Source of the DNA: a bacterium UBP1_UBA4783
GTDB lineage: Bacteria > Krumholzibacteriota > Krumholzibacteriia > Krumholzibacteriales > Krumholzibacteriaceae
Reading direction: 5' to 3'
NCBI GenBank assembly: GCA_002403075.1
Contig: DHHB01000035.1
Coordinates: 22,886 to 86,885 of the forward strand
Length of the DNA: 64,000 bases
How positions within the stretch are numbered: the first letter of the stretch is position 1; each line of letters opens with the position of its first letter. Made by a program: the position numbers and the translations under genes. The notes beneath the pieces were generated by a model. The model saw only the letters and a program-made list of their open reading frames with translations. It was not told where the DNA came from and made no database searches. Positions 17,987 through 27,416 of this stretch are shown here, piece by piece.

Positions 17987-18018
17987 AAAACGGCGCGGCC
18001 GGCCGGCCGCGCCGTTTT
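17987..18018. terminator. bidirectional intrinsic terminator (perfect 32-nt palindrome)
   Basis: AAAACGGCGCGGCCGGCCGGCCGCGCCGTTTT is its own reverse complement. It has A/T tracts on both sides and lies between convergent genes ending at 17927 and 18049. Confidence 0.8.
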
Positions 18019-18048
18019 CATGATCCGAATGTTTCCGGAACCCGGCTT

Positions 18049-18567
18049 CTACTCCGCGAGCCCGAAATAGTCGCGCACCGAACGGTAGTCGTTCGTGTCG
18101 ATCAAGCCGATCGATGCGAGCGGGATGATCTCGGAGGCGGGCGCGAGGATGATCTTGAACTTCGTCCACGTGACCGAGCTCGTATAGGTCGCCGAGCCGC
18201 TCGGCGTGAGAAGGAACGCCCGGTACGTGTAGGTGCTGGGATCCGCGCTGCTCTGGAACCACATGCCGCGGGTCATGTAGATGCCCCCGGAGCCGAGGCC
18301 GGGCACGGGATACCACGCCGTCGGGGCCTCCGTGGACGGGTTGTAATACGCGAGAACGAGGGACGAGTCCACGAGCCCCTGCGAGGCTTCGAACGTATAG
18401 TTGATGTTGCCCGACGTCGTGGTGCGCGTCCCGTACTGGAAGACGACGACGTTCGCGTTGCCGTCACGCCCCCTCGGCCCCGTAGCGCCGTCCTCCCCGG
18501 AGCATGAGAAGAGGGAGCCGAGCAGAAGGAGAACGGACGCGAGAACGAGCGTTTTCGAACGCGGCAT
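18049..18567 (-). CDS. lipoprotein with short collagen-like Gly-X-Y stretch, unknown function
   Basis: ATG 18567 is preceded by AAAGGAGG. Lipobox LFSC. GATGPRGRDGNANV follows directly after the lipid-attachment Cys. Confidence 0.7.
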   Translation of the reverse strand: MPRSKTLVLASVLLLLGSLFSCSGEDGATGPRGRDGNANVVVFQYGTRTTTSGNINYTFEASQGLVDSSLVLAYYNPSTEAPTAWYPVPGLGSGGIYMTRGMWFQSSADPSTYTYRAFLLTPSGSATYTSSVTWTKFKIILAPASEIIPLASIGLIDTNDYRSVRDYFGLAE

Positions 18568-18648
18568 GGAAACCTCCTTTGAACGTTCCTGGAACCGGCG
18601 CGAACCGCGGCCCGGATCGCCGCCGGGCCGGCGGGCGCGCATGCGGCG

Positions 18649-18678
18649 AAACTATCCGCGCACGCGCGCAACTGTCAA
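18649..18678 (-). promoter_or_regulatory. candidate sigma70-type promoter for the 18567 lipoprotein gene
   Basis: On the minus strand: TTGACA (18678-18673), 18-nt spacer, TAGTTT (18654-18649). Confidence 0.35.
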
Positions 18679-18727
18679 TATATTTTCGCGATACGGAGGG
18701 CGTTGGGGCCTCCCGGCTCACTAAGCA

Positions 18728-18756
18728 TTGACGTCCGAGAGCCCCCGTGATATATT
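18728..18756 (+). promoter_or_regulatory. candidate sigma70-type promoter of sdhCDAB
   Basis: TTGACG (18728-18733), 17-nt spacer, TATATT (18751-18756). About 90 nt upstream of the sdhC ATG. Confidence 0.5.
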
Positions 18757-18846
18757 CGCCCGGCGTGTTTTTTCATCCCGATGCGAGCTTCGCACATGCG
18801 GGTTCCCCCGCGGGAGCCCGCGGTCCAATCAATAGAGGAGGGATCG

Positions 18847-19251
18847 ATGAGGGCGCTTCAGCGGTACCGGATACACCTCGGGACGGCGGCGTGGATTCTC
18901 CACCGTCTCTCCGGTCTCGGCCTCATTCTCTACCTGCTCCTTCACATCTGGGTGATCCATCACCTCGCGAAGGGGCAGGCGGAGTTTGACGGCATTATGC
19001 ATTCGTTCAACAACCCGCTCTTCAAGTTTCTCGAGGTCGGGCTCGTCGGGGTGATCCTCTATCACCTCTGGAACGGGCTCCGCGTCACGCTCTTCGATTT
19101 CGGGCTGTTCATCGAGAAGCAGAAGCAGGTCTTCGGCGCGGCCGTCGTCCTCTGGCTCGCGACGTGGGCCGTCGTCGCGTACGCGATGCTGACCCGCGTC
19201 GGCGGTCTCCTCGCCGCGGTCGTCAGGGCCGGAGGGGGTGGGCTGTCATGA
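18847..19251 (+). CDS. sdhC: succinate dehydrogenase cytochrome b subunit
   Basis: ATG 18847 follows GAGGAGGG. Small three-helix membrane protein (LHRLSGLGLILYLLLHIW). First gene of an sdhCDAB arrangement. Confidence 0.8.
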   Translation: MRALQRYRIHLGTAAWILHRLSGLGLILYLLLHIWVIHHLAKGQAEFDGIMHSFNNPLFKFLEVGLVGVILYHLWNGLRVTLFDFGLFIEKQKQVFGAAVVLWLATWAVVAYAMLTRVGGLLAAVVRAGGGGLS

Positions 19252-19613
19252 AGTATCGCGGAAACGTCCGCTCCGGCGGCGCGATCATGTGGCTCTTCCA
19301 GCGCGTGACCGGCGTCTATCTCGCCGTCGTCCTCTTCGCGCACGTGTGGCTCCTCCACTATCTTCTCGACGGGGAGCTCGGCTTCGCCGCGGTCGCGGAT
19401 CGCGTCGCCACGCCGCTCTGGAAGACGATCGACATCTCGTTCCTCGTCGTCGCGCTCTTCCACGGCCTCTACGGGCTCTGGATCGTCCTCGACGACTACG
19501 TCCACCGCGGGTGGCTCCGCATCCTCATCTACGGCGCGATATCGATCGTGGCGCTCGTCGCGCTCACGCTCGGCATTCTCACCATCCTTCCGTTCCAGGC
19601 AGGAGGTTTCTAG
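19248..19613 (+). CDS. sdhD: succinate dehydrogenase hydrophobic membrane anchor subunit
   Basis: ATG 19248 overlaps the sdhC stop (ATGA). About 121 aa, three hydrophobic helices. Position is between sdhC and sdhA. Confidence 0.75.
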   Translation: MKYRGNVRSGGAIMWLFQRVTGVYLAVVLFAHVWLLHYLLDGELGFAAVADRVATPLWKTIDISFLVVALFHGLYGLWIVLDDYVHRGWLRILIYGAISIVALVALTLGILTILPFQAGGF

Positions 19614-19616
19614 GAT

Positions 19617-21401
19617 ATGACACCGATCGATCCCGAAACCATTCACGACGTCGAGGGAGTGCCGGCGCATAACGTGCACCGCCACGACGTCGTCGTCGTG
19701 GGGGCGGGGCTCGCCGCCATGCGGGCCGCGGTCGAAGCGGCGAAGGATTACGACGTGGCGGTCGTGAGCAAGGTCTTTCCCACGCGCTCCCACAGCGGCG
19801 CCGCGCAGGGCGGCATCGCGGCCTCCCTCGCGAACGAGGAAGAGGACCACTGGGAGTGGCACATGTTCGACACGGTGAAGGGGAGCGACTACCTCGGCGA
19901 TCAGGACGCGATCGAGATCCTCGTCAAGGAAGCGCCCGTCGTCGTCCGCGAGTTCGAGCACATGGGAGCCCCCTTTTCGCGCACGCCGGACGGCCGGATC
20001 GCCCAGCGTCTCTTCGGCGGGCACACGAAGAACTTCGGCAAGGGCGGGCCGATACTCCGCGCCTGCTACGCCGCCGATCGCACGGGGCACGCGCTGCTCC
20101 ACACCCTCTACGAGAATTGCGTGAAGGAAGGGGTGCGCTTCTACCCCGAGTTCTACGTCCTCGGGCTCATCGTGCGCGACGACGTCTGCCGCGGGGTCGT
20201 CGCGTGGGACGTCGTGAACGGCGGCGTGCACGTCTTTCACGCGAAGGCGGTCATGTTCGGCACCGGCGGGCACGCGCGCATCTTCCGGATCGCCTCGATC
20301 TCGCTTTCGAGCACCGGGGACGGACCGGCGATGGCGCTCCGCGCCGGGATACCCCTCGAGGACATGGAGTTTCTCCAGTTCCATCCGACGGGGCTGTACG
20401 TCCACGGCATCCTCGTGAGCGAGGCGGCGAGAGGCGAGGGGGGCTACCTCGTCAACGACGCCGGCGAGCGCTTCATGAAGAAGTACGCCCCCGACAAGAT
20501 GGAGCTCGCCCCGCGCGACGTCGTTTCCCGCGCCATGCAGCGCGAGATCGACGAGGGACGAGGGATCGGGGGCAAGGACTTCATCCACCTCGACCTTCGC
20601 CACCTCGGCAAGGAAAAGATCATGACGCTGCTCCCCCAGATCCACGAGCTCGCGTGGAAGTTCATGCACGTCGATTGCGTCACGGATCCGATTCCGATCC
20701 AGCCGACGGCGCACTACTCGATGGGGGGCATCCCCACGGACAACGATTGCCAGGTGCTCGCCGACGGCAAGGGGAAGAAGGTCGCCGGGTTCTACGCCGC
20801 GGGCGAGTGCGCCTGCGTGAGCGTGCACGGGGCGAACCGCCTCGGCACGAACTCGCTTCTCGAGGCCTCGCTCTTCGGCCGGCGCGCGGGAAAATCGATC
20901 GTGCGGTTCCTCCGCACGGAGCCCGCGCTCCCCGAGCTTCCCTCGGACGCCGCGAAGGAGGCGATCGAGGAGATCGACGGAATCCTCTCGGCGACCGGCA
21001 GCGAGAAGACGGGCGCCATCCGGGCGGAGATGCAGCAGCAGATGACGGCGAACTGCGCCGTGTACCGCAACGGCTGCAACCTCGAGCAGCTCCGGAAAGA
21101 GGTCGCGTCGCTGCGCGAGCGCTACGGGCGCATCCGGATCGACGACAAGGGGAAGACCTTCAACATGGATCTCATCGACGCGCTCGAGCTCGGCCGCATG
21201 CTCGACGTGACCGAGATCATGGTGGCGAGCGCGCTGAACCGCAACGAGTCGCGGGGCGGCCACTCGCGCACCGATTTTCCGAAGCGGGACGACGCGAACT
21301 GGCTCAAGCACACGCTCGCGTACCGAAAGAACGGCGCGGTCGCGTTCGACTACAAGCCCGTCGTCATCACGCGATTCCAGCCGCAGGAACGGAAATACTG
21401 A
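19617..21401 (+). CDS. sdhA: succinate dehydrogenase flavoprotein subunit
   Basis: 594 aa. FAD motif [14 protein letters not shown], the covalent-FAD His region SHSGAAQGG, and HPTG. Confidence 0.95.
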   Translation: MTPIDPETIHDVEGVPAHNVHRHDVVVVGAGLAAMRAAVEAAKDYDVAVVSKVFPTRSHSGAAQGGIAASLANEEEDHWEWHMFDTVKGSDYLGDQDAIEILVKEAPVVVREFEHMGAPFSRTPDGRIAQRLFGGHTKNFGKGGPILRACYAADRTGHALLHTLYENCVKEGVRFYPEFYVLGLIVRDDVCRGVVAWDVVNGGVHVFHAKAVMFGTGGHARIFRIASISLSSTGDGPAMALRAGIPLEDMEFLQFHPTGLYVHGILVSEAARGEGGYLVNDAGERFMKKYAPDKMELAPRDVVSRAMQREIDEGRGIGGKDFIHLDLRHLGKEKIMTLLPQIHELAWKFMHVDCVTDPIPIQPTAHYSMGGIPTDNDCQVLADGKGKKVAGFYAAGECACVSVHGANRLGTNSLLEASLFGRRAGKSIVRFLRTEPALPELPSDAAKEAIEEIDGILSATGSEKTGAIRAEMQQQMTANCAVYRNGCNLEQLRKEVASLRERYGRIRIDDKGKTFNMDLIDALELGRMLDVTEIMVASALNRNESRGGHSRTDFPKRDDANWLKHTLAYRKNGAVAFDYKPVVITRFQPQERKY

Positions 21402-21458
21402 TCGCGCGGACGGCAGCGGTCTCGGATTCATCCGCCACCGGCAAGGAGGGCCGCGGAG

Positions 21459-22193
21459 ATGGCTCATCAAGATACGGAAAAGAAGCTCGTCACCTTTCGC
21501 GTGAAACGCTACAACCCCGAGGGGGGCGAGCGGACGCGCTTCTCGCAGGAATACAAGGTCGAGGTCATGAAGGGGCAGTCCGTGCTCGACTGCCTGAACG
21601 AGATCCGCTGGAAACAGGACGGATCCCTCACCTTCCGCCGCTCCTGTAAGAGCGGCATCTGCGGATCGTGCGCCATGACCATAAACGGCGTGAACCGCCT
21701 CGCCTGCGAGACGCAGGCGCTCGCGCTCGGCTCCTCGACGATCACGGTCGAGCCGCTCAAGGGCTTCGCGGTCATCAAGGATCTCGCCGTCGACATCGAT
21801 CCGATGGTCGAGAAGCTGCTGGCCGTGAAACCGTACCTCATCACGAAGACGCCGCCGCCCTCGGACGCCGAGCGGCTTCAGAGCCCCGAGGAGCGGGCGA
21901 GGCTCGACGGCCTCTACGAGTGCATCCTCTGCGGCGCCTGCACGTCGTCGTGCCCGTCCTTCTGGGCCGACGAGCAGTACCTCGGCCCGCACGCCTTCCT
22001 CAAGGCGTACCGCTTCATCGCGGACAGCCGCGACGAGGCGCCCGGAGAGCATTTCGACGCCCTCGACGACAAGCACGGCCTGTGGCGCTGCCATACGATC
22101 TTCAACTGCGTCGAGGCCTGCCCGAAGAGTCTCAATCCGACGAAGGCGATCGAGGCCCTGCGCCGGGAGCTCGTGAAGGAAAAGATCGGCTGA
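21459..22193 (+). CDS. sdhB: succinate dehydrogenase iron-sulfur subunit
   Basis: 244 aa. 2Fe-2S cluster CKSGICGSCAM; 4Fe-4S/3Fe-4S clusters CILCGACTSSCP and CHTIFNCVEACP. Confidence 0.95.
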   Translation: MAHQDTEKKLVTFRVKRYNPEGGERTRFSQEYKVEVMKGQSVLDCLNEIRWKQDGSLTFRRSCKSGICGSCAMTINGVNRLACETQALALGSSTITVEPLKGFAVIKDLAVDIDPMVEKLLAVKPYLITKTPPPSDAERLQSPEERARLDGLYECILCGACTSSCPSFWADEQYLGPHAFLKAYRFIADSRDEAPGEHFDALDDKHGLWRCHTIFNCVEACPKSLNPTKAIEALRRELVKEKIG

Positions 22194-22261
22194 GCGACCG
22201 GTCCGGAGGACGCCGGCGCGGATCCCTCCGGAACGGGACGTCGTACGCGGGAGGTACCGAG

Positions 22262-23269
22262 ATGCGGCGCATTTCACGTCGCAGCTTTCTCAAATTCACG
22301 GCCGGACTCGGCGCGGCGGGGAGCCTGCTGCCGCTCCGCGGCGCCCTCGCCCGGTCTCCCTTCGCCGGCTTTCCCGCCCCGAGCGCGGCCGGTTCCGGAG
22401 GCCCCATCGTCGTTTCGACGTGGAAGCACGGCCACCCGGCGAACGACGCGGCGTGGAGGATACTCGCCGGCGGCGGGGCCGCGCTCGACGCGGTCGAAGC
22501 GGGCGTGCGCGTCTCCGAGGGAGATCCCGGCGTGAACGGCGTCGGCTACGGCGGCCTGCCCGACGAGGACTGCACGGTGACGCTCGACGCCTCCATCATG
22601 GGGCCCGATTACCGAGCCGGCGCGGTCGCCTTCATCGAGAGCTACCGCCATCCGATATCGATCGCGCGGAAGGTCATGGAGACGACGGACCACGTGCTCA
22701 TCGTCGGGGCGGGGGCGGAGGAGTTCGCGCGCAAGCACGGATTCGAGCGGGAGGAGCTTCTCACCGAGGCCGCCCGCGAGGCGTGGATCAAGTGGAAGCA
22801 GCGGATGAGCGACACGGACGACTGGTTCCCGAAGGATCTCGACCACGATACGATCGGACTCGTCGCCCGGGACGCGGCGGGGGATCTCGCCGGCGCGTGC
22901 ACGACCTCGGGGCTCGCGTTCAAGATTCACGGGCGGGTGGGGGATTCCCCGATCGTCGGCGCCGGCATGTACGTCGACAACGAGGTCGGCGCGGCGGCCG
23001 CGACCGGCAAGGGCGAAGAGGTTCTCAAGACCTGCGGAAGCTTCCTCGTCGTCGAGTTCATGCGGCAGGGGCTCTCCCCTCGGGCGGCGTGCAAGAAGGC
23101 GCTCGAGCGCATCGTCAAGAAGCACGCGGCGAAGCCGGCCTTTCAGGTCGCCTTCATCGCGCTCTCGAAAGAGGGGGAGGTCGGTGCCCTCTCGCTCCAG
23201 AAGGATTTCCAGTACGCCGTCGCCGTCGACGGGAAAAACGAGCTCATCGACGCCGAGTATCTCCTGTGA
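22262..23269 (+). CDS. Ntn-hydrolase asparaginase-2 family (glycosylasparaginase/isoaspartyl peptidase-like) with Tat signal
   Basis: Twin-arginine signal MRRISRRSFLKF. Autoprocessing site HDTIGLVARD. GAGMY and GKGEEV motifs. Confidence 0.85.
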   Translation: MRRISRRSFLKFTAGLGAAGSLLPLRGALARSPFAGFPAPSAAGSGGPIVVSTWKHGHPANDAAWRILAGGGAALDAVEAGVRVSEGDPGVNGVGYGGLPDEDCTVTLDASIMGPDYRAGAVAFIESYRHPISIARKVMETTDHVLIVGAGAEEFARKHGFEREELLTEAAREAWIKWKQRMSDTDDWFPKDLDHDTIGLVARDAAGDLAGACTTSGLAFKIHGRVGDSPIVGAGMYVDNEVGAAAATGKGEEVLKTCGSFLVVEFMRQGLSPRAACKKALERIVKKHAAKPAFQVAFIALSKEGEVGALSLQKDFQYAVAVDGKNELIDAEYLL

Positions 23270-23307
23270 CGGCAGGGCGGAGCCGGCGAACAACGCGGAG
23301 GATTGAC

Positions 23308-24090
23308 GTGTCGGAATCGTTCACTCGCATATTCACGGGAAGGACCGCGATCGTCTGCGCGTTCGCGGCGCTCGGAGCGCTCCTCGTATCGTCCTGCTCG
23401 GATACGCCGCGGAACCCCGGGCGCGCCGCGCGGAGGCTCGTGCAGGCGCACGGGGGCGCGCGCAGGATCGAGCGTCTCGGAACATTCACGGCGAAAGGCT
23501 ACACGAGAGAGCTCACGGACACGGTGGTCGTGAAGAGCAACGCGTTCGACGTCTATCGATCCGGAGAGCGGTACAAGCACGTGATGACGCGGACCTCCGG
23601 CGGGAGCCGGGGCGACGTCATCGTCCACTGGCACGACGGCGAAGACACGTGGGAATGGAGCGCCCGCGGCGGGCTCCGGAGCGTCTCTCCGATGGAGCTC
23701 GGCCTGCTGCGGTTCCGCTTTCCGCTCGTGCTTTCGTGGATCGGGGAGGAGGGGCGCGCGCCGGAGGCGCTCGAGACGGGACCGGCGGACGGCGAACTGC
23801 ACCTTCGTTACCGGCACGCGGACATGCTGCTCTCGCTCGTCGTCGACCGGACGACCCGGCTTCTCGACCGCGTCGAGATCCGGAGCACGACCGATACGAC
23901 CTTCCTCTTTACGGAGCGCTACGACGCGTACATGGATCTCGACGGAACGCCGTTTCCGCAGCGGCACGCCGCGACCTACCGCGGACAGCCGCTCTACGAG
24001 TACCTGCTATCGGTCGTGGAGGTCCGCGCGGAGCTGCCCGACTCGGTCTTGACGCTCGCGGGATCGGATACGGCGAAGGCGGTCCGCTAG
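23308..24090 (+). CDS. hypothetical lipoprotein
   Basis: GTG 23308 follows GGAGGA. Signal ends in the LVSSCS lipobox. No motif that I recognise. Confidence 0.6.
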   Translation: MSESFTRIFTGRTAIVCAFAALGALLVSSCSDTPRNPGRAARRLVQAHGGARRIERLGTFTAKGYTRELTDTVVVKSNAFDVYRSGERYKHVMTRTSGGSRGDVIVHWHDGEDTWEWSARGGLRSVSPMELGLLRFRFPLVLSWIGEEGRAPEALETGPADGELHLRYRHADMLLSLVVDRTTRLLDRVEIRSTTDTTFLFTERYDAYMDLDGTPFPQRHAATYRGQPLYEYLLSVVEVRAELPDSVLTLAGSDTAKAVR

Positions 24091-24623
24091 AGCAGCTCCT
24101 TCACCTTGAACAGGGAATCGAAGCGGTACCCCGCCTCGGCGAGGGCGTCCGTGGCGCCCTCTTCCCGGTCGACGAGGGTGACGACCCTCACGATCGTTCC
24201 CCCCGCGTCCTCGATCGCCTTGGCGGCGCGAAGCAGCGAGCCTCCCGTCGTCGCGACGTCCTCGAGGAGGACGACGCGCGTGCCCGCCGCGCAGCTTCCC
24301 TCGACGAGGTTCTTCGTGCCGTGATCCTTCGCTTCTTTGCGGATGAGAAGGCCGAGTTTCTCCGCGCCGCGCTCCGCGCAGAGCGCGAGCAGCGCGCCGA
24401 TGATCGGATCGGCGCCGATCGTGGGGCCGGCGAAGGCGTCGTATTCGACGCCCTCGAGACGCTCGAGTAGAAGCTTCGCGCCGAGGTAGAGGCCGCGCGA
24501 ATGAAGCGTCGTCATCTTGCCGTTGATGTAGTAGCTGCTTTTTCGCCCCGAGACGAGGGTGAAGTCCCCCTTGAGGATCGATCGCTTTTTGAAGATCTCC
24601 TTGAGCTCTTCGCGCTCGTTCAT
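24087..24623 (-). CDS. pyrE: orotate phosphoribosyltransferase
   Basis: 178 aa. PRPP-binding motif VVLLEDVATTGGS. GDFTLVSGRKSSYY at the N-terminus. Confidence 0.92.
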   Translation of the reverse strand: MNEREELKEIFKKRSILKGDFTLVSGRKSSYYINGKMTTLHSRGLYLGAKLLLERLEGVEYDAFAGPTIGADPIIGALLALCAERGAEKLGLLIRKEAKDHGTKNLVEGSCAAGTRVVLLEDVATTGGSLLRAAKAIEDAGGTIVRVVTLVDREEGATDALAEAGYRFDSLFKVKELL

Positions 24624-24660
24624 GCCGACTCCTTTGCCGCGCGCTTCGCGGCCGCCTCGC

Positions 24661-25293
24661 CTATACGCTGAACAGCAGCACGCCGAAGGCGATCTGTACG
24701 AAATGAGCGCTCGTTTCGCCCGTGAAGAAGTGAACCGGCTCGAACTCGTCGTCTCCGACGAAGACGTAGTGGTACTTGACGTTCAGGTTGAGCGAGACGC
24801 CGCGGGAGATCCGCATCAGCATCCCCGCCCCTCCGTACACGCCGAAGCGGTTCTCCGTCCTCGTGCCCTGATAGAACCCCGCGGGGATGCTCGCCGTGAG
24901 CGAGTAGAGCCCGAGCCCGGTTTCTCCCGTGGCGGTGAACCTCCCGCCGATCCGCTTGAGCGCGAAAAAGGAGCCGGTCATCGAGAAGATGCTGAGCTCC
25001 ACATCCCGGTTCATCCCGGTGTACGCGATGTTCGCGAGGGTGTCCTTCGAGGCGCCGAAGTTGTGCGAGGAGAGCGCGAGACCGATCCCCCACCACGCAC
25101 CGAGCCCCTCGATGAAGTGCAGTTCGAGCTCGCTGCCGGCGCCGAACGCGTCTCTCAGCGGCGGCGATCCGACGACGCCGCCGACGCGGACGCCGAGAAG
25201 CTCGCGGCCGCGGATCCCTTGAGCGGCGAGCGGCGCCGCCGAGGCGCACAGAAAGCACAGCGCGAAAACGAGCGCCGGAAGGGTCTTTCTCAT
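24661..25293 (-). CDS. outer-membrane beta-barrel (OmpA-N/porin-like) protein
   Basis: ATG 25293 (MRKTLPALVFALCFLCASAAPLAAQ signal). Alternating hydrophobic strands. Ends with an aromatic-rich ...GVLLFSV. Confidence 0.6.
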   Translation of the reverse strand: MRKTLPALVFALCFLCASAAPLAAQGIRGRELLGVRVGGVVGSPPLRDAFGAGSELELHFIEGLGAWWGIGLALSSHNFGASKDTLANIAYTGMNRDVELSIFSMTGSFFALKRIGGRFTATGETGLGLYSLTASIPAGFYQGTRTENRFGVYGGAGMLMRISRGVSLNLNVKYHYVFVGDDEFEPVHFFTGETSAHFVQIAFGVLLFSV

Positions 25294-25357
25294 GCGGCCA
25301 CCATAGCACAGACGGTCGATTCGACAACAGGGGAAATGCGGGGCGCGGTCCGGGCCG

Positions 25358-26584
25358 CTATCGCAGGAGCACGAGCTTTCTCGAAAAGACTTCCTTGCCG
25401 ATCGCGAGCCTGCAGTAATAGACCCCGGAGGGGAAGCCCCCGCGGCTCTCCGCCGCCGGGTTCCACCGGAAGCTGTGGCGTCCGGCTTCCCGTATCCCGA
25501 GATCGTGCCGGTCGACGAGCCGGCCCGCGGCGTCATAGAAGGAGAGCACGGCTGGTTTCCCGGCTCCCGACGCGCTCACGGTGTACGGAATGACGGTCGA
25601 GGGATTGAAGGGATTCGGATAGTTCTGGCCGAGCCAGGCCGCCGCCGCCTCGCCTTTCACGAAGATCGGGCCGTATCGCGAGGGATCATCGGTTCCGGCC
25701 TCGACGAGATAGTAGTAGAGATCGCGCGAAGGATCGTCGCAGGGATCGAAGAACTCGTACGTTCTGTCCGCGAACACCGGCGAAGCGCTCCGCTTCGCCG
25801 TCGTCCGGAAATCCGGCTCGTATCCCCGGTACACGTCGAAGGACGCAAGCGGAGTGCAGCCCATCGTGCACCACGAGATCGCGACGCCGCCCTCGACCCT
25901 CCTGCATTCGGCGGAGGAGACGAGAACGCCGACGAGAGGAGTGAGGCTGATCGGAATCTCCTTCGCCTCGCCGGCTTCGAGCCGTATGTCCGCGATCGTC
26001 GTGTCCCGGTATCCGGGCGCGCGGGCCGATATCATGTAGACCGACTCGCACAGGCGGCTGAACCTGTAGGAATCGTCGCTCCACGCCTCGAAGGTGCCGA
26101 TCGCGTTATAGAGGGAATCGAACAGCGTGACGCTCGCGCCCGGCGGAACGCCGGTCGATCCGGCGGTCACCGTCCCCGAGATGCTCCCCGCCGGCTGCTC
26201 GATCCAGTACGAATAATCGGCGTCGTTGAAGTAGAAGTAATGATAGCCGCTGTCCGGCAGCATCGCCGCGATGCTCGGAGGGTTCCAGGCGAGCGCCGCG
26301 ACGCCCCACGCGCCGCTCCACCCCCAATGGAGCGGAAGGTACGTGCGGTTCTTCGTAAATTTAAAGAAGACGGTATCGGGGCTTCCCGGCTGGTCGATGA
26401 AAACGAGCTTGCGCCAGACGTTGTCCCCGAGAAGCAGCATATCGTTCGCGGGGTCCTCGGGCTCGCACGATATGCCGTCGAAATTGCCGACGAGTTGAAC
26501 AGAGAGGATATCCTGAGCTCCGGCCGCCCTCGCTCCGAGAAGCGCGAGAGCGATGGAGATTATTGCGACGCTGCGACGCACCAT
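25358..26584 (-). CDS. secreted protein with C-terminal FlgD-Ig/T9SS type-A-like sorting domain
   Basis: Signal peptide (ALALLGARAAGAQD). The last ~85 aa begin LGQNYPNPFNPSTVIPY and contain SGVYYCRL. ATG 26584 is preferred; ATG 26611 is possible. Confidence 0.75.
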   Translation of the reverse strand: MVRRSVAIISIALALLGARAAGAQDILSVQLVGNFDGISCEPEDPANDMLLLGDNVWRKLVFIDQPGSPDTVFFKFTKNRTYLPLHWGWSGAWGVAALAWNPPSIAAMLPDSGYHYFYFNDADYSYWIEQPAGSISGTVTAGSTGVPPGASVTLFDSLYNAIGTFEAWSDDSYRFSRLCESVYMISARAPGYRDTTIADIRLEAGEAKEIPISLTPLVGVLVSSAECRRVEGGVAISWCTMGCTPLASFDVYRGYEPDFRTTAKRSASPVFADRTYEFFDPCDDPSRDLYYYLVEAGTDDPSRYGPIFVKGEAAAAWLGQNYPNPFNPSTVIPYTVSASGAGKPAVLSFYDAAGRLVDRHDLGIREAGRHSFRWNPAAESRGGFPSGVYYCRLAIGKEVFSRKLVLLR

Positions 26585-26656
26585 GCGATAGTTCTCACCC
26601 CTTCGGTGCACTGCCTCGATGCATCGATCGGCGGCGTTAAATTATTTTACATACTC

Positions 26657-26685
26657 ATTATATCCGATGCTGCTCGCGAAGTCAA
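26657..26685 (-). promoter_or_regulatory. near-consensus sigma70 promoter for the 26584 gene
   Basis: On the minus strand: TTGACT (26685-26680), 17-nt spacer, TATAAT (26662-26657). Confidence 0.6.
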
Positions 26686-26838
26686 AGGCAAAGTAGCCCT
26701 TGGGATTAACCGCGCAAGCTGCACCGTTTTGTCAAGTAGCAAGGACCGTTCCCCGCGAGATGCCGGGGCATGTTTTTTGCCACTTCGCGCCGGGTGTGAA
26801 ACAGACCTGCACGGGGTTCGCGGGAGGGCGCGACCGAT

Positions 26839-27384
26839 ATGGGCACGAGAATCGCCGGAACCTACAATAAAGGCAACGACCTGCGCGCCACGGCCGAGAC
26901 GCCGAAGGCGCCGAGCGAAACCTTCGAATCGCAGGATCTTTTCCGGCGGGCGCAGGTTCTCGTGCAAAAACGCAATTACGACAGGGCGGAAAGCCTTCTC
27001 GCCGAAGCCATCAAGATCGTTCCCGACAACGCCCGGTACCTCTCCTACTACGGTCTCTGCATCGGCATGCTCGGGAGAGCCGGCGAGGGCGAGAATCTCT
27101 GCGCGAGGGCGCTCAAGCTCGATCCCACATCTCCGATCGCCTGCGTGAATCTCGGGCGGTTGCGGCTCATGCTGGGAAACCGCAAGGAGGCGCACGATCT
27201 CTTCTCCCGCGCGTACGCGATGGACAACACGCAATCCGCCGCGGCGCTCGAGCTCTCGGCAATGGGGGTGCGCCGCCAGCCCGTCATTCCCTTCCTCTCC
27301 CGGGACAATCCGCTCAACATGGTTTTGGGCCGCTTCCGGCACAGAATCCTCGGGTTCAAGCAACCTACCTGGAAAAAGCTCTAG
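26839..27384 (+). CDS. TPR repeat protein
   Basis: 181 aa. TPR-like helices (RAQVLVQKRNYDRAESLLAEAIKIVPDNARY; ARALKLDPTSPIA). Confidence 0.7.
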   Translation: MGTRIAGTYNKGNDLRATAETPKAPSETFESQDLFRRAQVLVQKRNYDRAESLLAEAIKIVPDNARYLSYYGLCIGMLGRAGEGENLCARALKLDPTSPIACVNLGRLRLMLGNRKEAHDLFSRAYAMDNTQSAAALELSAMGVRRQPVIPFLSRDNPLNMVLGRFRHRILGFKQPTWKKL

Positions 27385-27416
27385 GGCGATCGGCCGCCGT
27401 TCCTTACAATAGGCTC

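Noticed and set aside
19062-22277. 1071-aa minus-strand ORF
   Set aside because: It is antisense to sdhCDAB, whose products carry unmistakable FAD and Fe-S motifs.
26741-26790. Hairpin CCCCG-N8-CGGGG followed by TTTTTT upstream of the TPR gene (possible attenuator or sRNA end)
   Set aside because: The stem is only 5 bp and is separated from the T-tract by 4 nt. I found no convincing plus-strand promoter upstream. It is too weak to call.
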